Of a stretch of 64,000 nucleotides of DNA, positions 58,401-64,000 are shown in pieces (position 1 is the stretch's first letter; each line of letters starts with the position of its first letter). The translations under genes were made by a program, and so were the position numbers. A model generated the notes under the pieces. That model saw only the letters and a program-made list of their open reading frames with translations. It had not been told where the DNA came from and made no database searches. The DNA lies in sequence record DRR723986_1326; one strand, given 5' to 3'.

Positions 58401-58982
58401 AAATCATGTTGTGGCGTTTGGATGGATCGGGCGTGACTACCAACAAGCATTGCTCTGGAGATGCAATTACATTGTTGCACGCGACGGAGTGAGGAGACAG
58501 GTACGACTGCAAGACAAATCGTTTGTAGGGCAGGGCACTTGCCGCTTCGCCAACCCAGATTGGACGCTCCGTGCAGCTAGACAGGCCGTTATGCCGCGGT
58601 CGGAGAACCATATGCTTGGCGGATAGCCGCCTCTTGCGACTATGCCTTAGCCCCTCCGCACTTCTGGGATTGCCGCCAATGCGTTAAAATGACGCCTCAA
58701 CTGCACCGCCTGCGGGCTGGAATGAATTCTTGCGATTTCAACTTTCTCAAGGATGAGCGCGGACGAAATCTATTGGTCGTCGTTTGATCGGCTCGCTGAA
58801 CCACTATCTAGTCGTGGTCTACATCGTGCTGACCAGACGGCGATCTCTGCATTTGACACCACCGGGAAGCTGCACCACGAAGTGAGACAGTTGCCTCGGT
58901 GGCGTTCGTTTTGTGCCGATACAATCGTGACGTAAAACCGGTTTACGTCGATCGAGCAACTAGCAGCAAAAAAGGATGAGCC

Positions 58983-59471
58983 ATGGCCGAGATGGTCCCA
59001 ATGACTCGCGAAAAGTACAACGAGATTCGCGCCGAAGTGGAGCAACTTGAGAACATCGAGATGCCCAAAGTTGCGGAGAAGATCGCCGAAGCCCGCGCCG
59101 AAGGCGACTTGAAAGAGAACGCCGAATATCACGCCCAGCGTGAAAATCAGGGCATGCTGCAGGCGAAGATCAACCAGAAAAAGCAGATGATTGCCAACGC
59201 GTACATCATCGACCCTAGCAAACTGTCCAAGGACGAAGTTGGTTTGCTGGCAACGGTAGTGGTCAAAGATCTAGACTACAACGACGAGGAAGAATTCACG
59301 CTCGTCGGCGCTGGCGATGAAGACTACGACACGGGCAAGATCCTATCGACCAGTCCAATCGGGGCAGCGTTGATGGGTACCAAGATCGGCGACAAAGTCG
59401 AGGTCGAAGTGCCCAAAGGCACCTTGAAGTTCGAGATCTTGGAAATCAAATACGACTTCGGCGATGAGTAA
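58983..59471 (+). CDS. greA: Transcription elongation factor GreA
   Basis: [44 protein letters not shown]. Confidence 0.96.
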   Translation: MAEMVPMTREKYNEIRAEVEQLENIEMPKVAEKIAEARAEGDLKENAEYHAQRENQGMLQAKINQKKQMIANAYIIDPSKLSKDEVGLLATVVVKDLDYNDEEEFTLVGAGDEDYDTGKILSTSPIGAALMGTKIGDKVEVEVPKGTLKFEILEIKYDFGDE

Positions 59472-59479
59472 AAACGCGG

Positions 59480-60178
59480 ATGAGTAGCAACGAGACAGAC
59501 AGTGCGGCCGAAACGGACAACGCGGAAGAACACAAAGAACCGTCGCTCGGCCCCGCGTGCCTTGTCATTGGTATCCTTGGCCTAGCATCCTTCTGCGCGT
59601 TTTGCGGAATTGGAAGCTGGATCATGTTCTATGACCAGTATCCGATGGCCGAGGACGGAATCCGGGAACAATTGATTCCCTGGGTTAAGCAAAGTCAGTT
59701 GGCCACCGACGACAAGAACTCAATCGTAAAGCAACTCAACGACCTCATTCCAAAACTCCAGCAGAAAACGATCAACAAGCAGCAACTACTACGTCTGCGA
59801 AACTGCTTAACTGATAATCCAGTGCTCCTGTGGGGTGGAGTCCAATCGATCGTTGCACAATCGGAAACATCCGAGCTGTCAGACGTCGAAAAACAGACCC
59901 TTGAACGATTGACTCAGCGGTTGATGCGAATGGCAACGGATCGTGAGCTGAGCCGCAATGACATCGAATTTGCTTTGCAGCCCTGTGCAAAGGTTCGTGA
60001 AGACCAAATGGGCCTCGAAGTGCTGCCTGATTTGTCGGCCGATCAGATCCGTGACTTCATGACTCGAAGCGAACAGTTGCTCAACAAGAGCCAAATCCCC
60101 AACCAGGCCTACGACAAGACGCCTGCGGAAGCGTTCGAGATCCTGATCGATGCAGCTCTAGACCTGAAGACTCTCTAG
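59480..60178 (+). CDS. Hypothetical membrane-anchored protein
   Basis: 232-aa ORF 8 bp after greA; Cys-containing N-terminal TM. Confidence 0.8.
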   Translation: MSSNETDSAAETDNAEEHKEPSLGPACLVIGILGLASFCAFCGIGSWIMFYDQYPMAEDGIREQLIPWVKQSQLATDDKNSIVKQLNDLIPKLQQKTINKQQLLRLRNCLTDNPVLLWGGVQSIVAQSETSELSDVEKQTLERLTQRLMRMATDRELSRNDIEFALQPCAKVREDQMGLEVLPDLSADQIRDFMTRSEQLLNKSQIPNQAYDKTPAEAFEILIDAALDLKTL

Positions 60179-60469
60179 TCTTTCTCGGACAAAAGGCGAT
60201 ACCATAGGCCATCGTGCGGGCGTTCTTGCAGGCATTGCGAGCGACGCTTTGGTGGCACAAGGTTATCCCTCAAACAACAGCGTCATCGCTCGAACACTAG
60301 CCGGGGCCGCAAACAGGCTCGCAGCAGCCGCAGTGTTCGTCTTTCCTTGCCCCCCATCTGACGCCACAGTTTCACTCCCGATCTCCCAGGCTACAATGGT
60401 GCTCGGTTGGCGCTTCTTTCTCCGACCACCATACCAATTCTGCTTCGCTCAAGCTCGATGTGAACACCG

Positions 60470-62161
60470 ATGGCTTTCCTCTCAGCAATTAGCGGCTCGA
60501 ACTTTGGCAGACGTTTCGACTTGAAGAAGCCTGAAACGGTTCTGGGTCGGCACCCCGAGTGTGACGTCACCATCGACGTTGGCGCGGTCAGCCGACAACA
60601 TGCCCGCATCCTCAAACGCGATGAGAATCAGTTTGAAATCGAGGATCTCAAGAGCCGCAATAACACGTTCTTGAACGGGCAGAAAATCACGTCGCCGGTT
60701 CCATTGCATGATGGTGACCTGATACGAATTTGCGATGTCGAGTATTCCTTTCATGTCGAAGACGGCACGGGGCTGTTGTCAGGCAATACCATCGCGGGCG
60801 CCGATGGCCAGTCGTCGGTCAGCGTACTGCTTGTCGACGACAGCGGCGAAGATGAGTCATCCAGAGCCGTTAGCAGCAAACTTGATATCCGAGGAAGCCA
60901 ACATGGATCGCAACTAACCAGTTCATCTGAGGCTCGACTACACGCAGTGTTGCAGATTGCTCAAAATCTTGGGCGGGCAATCCAATTGGAGGAAGTGCTG
61001 CCGAAAGTGCTCGACACGCTCTTCAAAATCTTCTTGCAGGCCGATCGCGCCTTCGTTGTCCTCAAGGAGGGTGAAGAGCTGATTCCCCGATGGGTGAAGA
61101 CTAGGCAACCAGATCAATCGGAGGCGTTTCGAATTAGCCGAACAGTTATGAACGAAGTCATGGAGGCGAAGCAGGCGATCATATCGCTCAACGCGTCTAC
61201 AGACGAACGATTCGGCATGGCAAACAGCATCTCCGATTTCCGCATTCGTTCTATCATCGTCGCACCGCTGCTTGATTCCGATGACAATGCGCTAGGTGCG
61301 ATTCAGATCGACACCATCAATCCGAAACGGCATTTCAATGACGAGGACCTTGAGATCCTAGCTGGTGTAGCGACTCAAGCGGGCATCGCCATCGAGAATG
61401 CGCAAATGCACGACCAACTGGTTCAGCAAGAACGCGTAAACAAGGATTTGCAATTAGCACGCAACGTCCAAGAAGCTTTTTTGCCCGTTGATGCACCCGA
61501 GCTGGAGAACTACTCGTTCTTCCATTTCTATCGTCCCGCTGACCAGATCGGCGGCGACTACTTCGATTACATCCGCCTGGCTGATGGACGAATTGGCATT
61601 GTAACCGCGGACGTTTCCGGTCACGGCATTGCGGCGGCCATGTTGATGGCAAAGCTCTCTGCAGAAACGCGGTTTCTGCTTGCCAGCCATACGGACACAG
61701 CCGAGGCGATAACAAACCTCAACAAACGATTCTGGGCGCTGGACGTGAAGATGTTCGCCACCTTCTTATGTCTCGTCCTGGACCCGGAATCTGGAACGGT
61801 GGAGATGGTCAACGCTGGACATATGTTACCGATGTGGATCGATAGCGATGGACACATCCAAGAACCCGGAGACTCAATCACCGGCGTTCCAATTGGTGTC
61901 CTACCAGATTTTGAGTATCAACAAGCGTCAATCCAGCTCAAGCCAGGTGACCGACTGTTGCTATTCACCGACGGAATTCACGAAGCCAACTCAGCCTCGG
62001 GAGAGCTGTACGGACTTGAGCGACTGCGGTGTATCGCCTCGCAGCATCCTGACGACGTTAAAGAGTTCGGTGAAACGGTCATCACCGACGTCAATCGATT
62101 TGCAGACGGCGTAGAACAATCCGACGACATGTGCTTGGTTGTTCTATCGAGAGAGGACTAA
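60470..62161 (+). CDS. FHA-GAF-SpoIIE (PP2C-type) phosphatase
   Basis: FHA LGRHPEC..VSRQHA..SRNNTFLNG; GAF SIIVAPL; PP2C IGGDYFD, ADVSGHG, NAGH, FTDG, DDMC. Confidence 0.94.
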   Translation: MAFLSAISGSNFGRRFDLKKPETVLGRHPECDVTIDVGAVSRQHARILKRDENQFEIEDLKSRNNTFLNGQKITSPVPLHDGDLIRICDVEYSFHVEDGTGLLSGNTIAGADGQSSVSVLLVDDSGEDESSRAVSSKLDIRGSQHGSQLTSSSEARLHAVLQIAQNLGRAIQLEEVLPKVLDTLFKIFLQADRAFVVLKEGEELIPRWVKTRQPDQSEAFRISRTVMNEVMEAKQAIISLNASTDERFGMANSISDFRIRSIIVAPLLDSDDNALGAIQIDTINPKRHFNDEDLEILAGVATQAGIAIENAQMHDQLVQQERVNKDLQLARNVQEAFLPVDAPELENYSFFHFYRPADQIGGDYFDYIRLADGRIGIVTADVSGHGIAAAMLMAKLSAETRFLLASHTDTAEAITNLNKRFWALDVKMFATFLCLVLDPESGTVEMVNAGHMLPMWIDSDGHIQEPGDSITGVPIGVLPDFEYQQASIQLKPGDRLLLFTDGIHEANSASGELYGLERLRCIASQHPDDVKEFGETVITDVNRFADGVEQSDDMCLVVLSRED

Positions 62162-62173
62162 TTCCCATTCGCC

Positions 62174-63031
62174 CTATCCCAGGGGCAACTCATCCGCATC
62201 GCCGCGTGGACGAACGAATCGATAACGTACGATGCAGTAGATTGCATTCACGAGATCTCGCCATCCGATCTTCTTACCTTCATCGCGGCTTCGGCACGAG
62301 TAACCGACGCCAACCTCTTCAATCTTGAGCTTCAGTTGAGCACACTTGGCAGTGATCTCCGGCTCGAATCCGAACCGAGATTGCTCGATACTGACCTGCT
62401 GCAGAACCCTCCGATCAAACGCTTTGTAACACGTTTCCATGTCGGTAAGCTGGTAGCCGGTGAGTTTGTTGGACAGGAAGGTGAGTGCCCAATTTCCAAA
62501 CCTGTGCAATGCTGATGGATCTTGCTCAGGAGTTTCCAAATAACGCGACCCGTAGCAGACGCTGGTTGAACCATCTTGAATGGGCGCGATGACCTTCATG
62601 ATATCGGTCGGGTTGTATTCCAGATCTGCATCTTGAACTATCACGATATCGCCGCGCGCTCTCTCGAATCCTGTCTGCAAGGCCGCTCCCTTGCCACGGT
62701 TTTGCTCGTGATGCACGACCTCGACTTCGTCGTACTTAGCCAGTTCGTCGACCCGCTGTGGGGTCGCGTCAGTGCTACCGTCATCGACCACGATGATTTG
62801 CTTGTCGATGGGCAACTGGCGAACTTTTTCGACGATTTCGAATACCGTTTCCGGCTCGTTGTAGACGGGAATGACTACAGTCAAAGGAAACGTATCGGGC
62901 CGCAGAGCGCTACGAACCAAGTCATCGGCGTACTCCAACACGGAATCAAACCGCTCGACAATCTCGCTAATGTCTGCATCGCGAGCAGGTGCTGAGGTGG
63001 ATACCGGTTTGTTGGAAATCACTGAATTCAT
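62174..63031 (-). CDS. Glycosyltransferase family 2
   Basis: VVIPVYNE, VDDGSTD, NRGKGAAL, QDADLEY, DMETCYK, EGKKIGWRD. Confidence 0.93.
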   Translation of the reverse strand: MNSVISNKPVSTSAPARDADISEIVERFDSVLEYADDLVRSALRPDTFPLTVVIPVYNEPETVFEIVEKVRQLPIDKQIIVVDDGSTDATPQRVDELAKYDEVEVVHHEQNRGKGAALQTGFERARGDIVIVQDADLEYNPTDIMKVIAPIQDGSTSVCYGSRYLETPEQDPSALHRFGNWALTFLSNKLTGYQLTDMETCYKAFDRRVLQQVSIEQSRFGFEPEITAKCAQLKLKIEEVGVGYSCRSRDEGKKIGWRDLVNAIYCIVRYRFVRPRGDADELPLG

Positions 63032-63245
63032 GAGTAGACCCGCTGGGCTTGCGCGAAGTAGATGGGTACAAGTTTTCGTCGCGAAAGAGTAGCATTCCGG
63101 TTGTGCGATATTGAGAACTTTATCGGCCTGCGGTTACTGTTACGGCCAAAGACCTTGTCGGACGGCCACCCAGGCTCGCCGATCGCTACAATCCGCACGC
63201 TACACTGACGACTTTGGTACTCAAACTGAGCACCCGCGAGAGCCT

Positions 63246-64000
63246 ATGACGCCTGAGACACTGCTGCCCTTCTTTCTGGTCCTTGTTCCGTTGGTCGGAA
63301 TCTTCGCGCAGTGGCTGGCGTGGCGGATGAAGATTCCAAGCATCCTCCTGCTGCTCGTCTTCGGGATTTGCCTGGGCACATGGATCTCACCAGACTCCGT
63401 GCTGGCCAAAGCGGCTGGGACGGACGAAAGTCTCGGTCCAAAGCTGCTGTTTCCGATCGTCTCGTTGAGCGTCGCCATTATCCTCTTTGAAGGCGGCCTA
63501 ACACTCCGATGGAATCAGTTGGGAGCAAGCGCGCCGGTCGTTTTTCGCCTGATCACGATCTCGTCGGTCGTCACTTGGATTCTGACTGCCGTTCTCGCAA
63601 AGTACCTGCTCGGCTTCAGTTGGCAACTTGCGTGGCTACTGGGCGCCGTCCTGATGGTGACCGGCCCAACAGTCGTCGGACCGTTGCTTCGACAGATCCG
63701 CCCCAACCGACAAACCAGCTCAATCCTTCAGTGGGAGGGCATTCTCATCGACCCGGTAGGTGCCGTTGCGGCAGTGCTGGTTTATGAAGTCATCGCCCAC
63801 TCCGGAGCGGTCGGCCCCAGCGAGATTGCTGCAATCGTATTCGAAACACTGCTAATCGGAGTTGTGATTGGATGTGTTGCAGCCGCGTTGCTGATCATTA
63901 GCTTGAGAAAGTTCTGGATTCCTGATTTCCTGCACGGAGTCGTTTTTCTGGTTGTCGCGCTAGCAACGTTCTGGCTGAGCAATTGGATGAGCGAAGAATC
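63246..64000 (+). CDS. Cation:proton antiporter (CPA1/NhaP-type), truncated by the window end
   Basis: Not in the ORF track (no stop in window); translates MTPETLLPFFLVLVPLVGIFAQWLAWRMKIPSILLLL..VAIILFEGG..VTGPTVVGPLL..WEGILIDPVG. Confidence 0.9.
   Translation, partial: MTPETLLPFFLVLVPLVGIFAQWLAWRMKIPSILLLLVFGICLGTWISPDSVLAKAAGTDESLGPKLLFPIVSLSVAIILFEGGLTLRWNQLGASAPVVFRLITISSVVTWILTAVLAKYLLGFSWQLAWLLGAVLMVTGPTVVGPLLRQIRPNRQTSSILQWEGILIDPVGAVAAVLVYEVIAHSGAVGPSEIAAIVFETLLIGVVIGCVAAALLIISLRKFWIPDFLHGVVFLVVALATFWLSNWMSEE

Noticed and set aside
58401-58982. greA leader attenuator
   Set aside because: Only a short GGCGG/CCGCC hairpin without a U-tract; insufficient evidence.

Overview
Gene-dense bacterial window with strong Planctomycetota (Pirellulaceae-like) hallmarks: DUF1501, an 'LERRELLA' extracellular motif with planctomycete dockerin-like repeats, many Ser/Thr kinases and ECF sigma factors, and a multiheme beta-propeller protein. 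About 42 CDS are supported. No rRNA, tRNA, CRISPR array, integrase or transposase was recognised. Main modules: (1) an FHA-like/kinase/membrane protein/ECF sigma operon whose sigma has S/T in place of the DAED motif; (2) a YtrA-type GntR-ABC operon with a visible promoter and operator; (3) a fasciclin-SigK-like-RskA-like operon; (4) a five-gene circularly permuted ATP-grasp/alpha-E/transglutaminase/DUF2126 cluster; (5) two orphan genes bracketed by GTAG-REP-like direct repeats; (6) DUF2294 divergent from a DabB-DabA inorganic-carbon pump with a structured, terminator-containing leader, followed by a type I secretion-like trio whose ATPase lacks its catalytic residues; (7) greA, trmB, a PP2C phosphatase and a partial Na+/H+ antiporter. 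The best novelty candidates are the dab leader attenuator with DUF2294 and the degenerate ABC/HlyD/TolC, a promoter-to-terminator ORF-less transcript with GGA hairpins (CsrB-like sRNA candidate), and the REP-bounded gene cassettes. All calls come from motif recognition by eye; no database searches were run.
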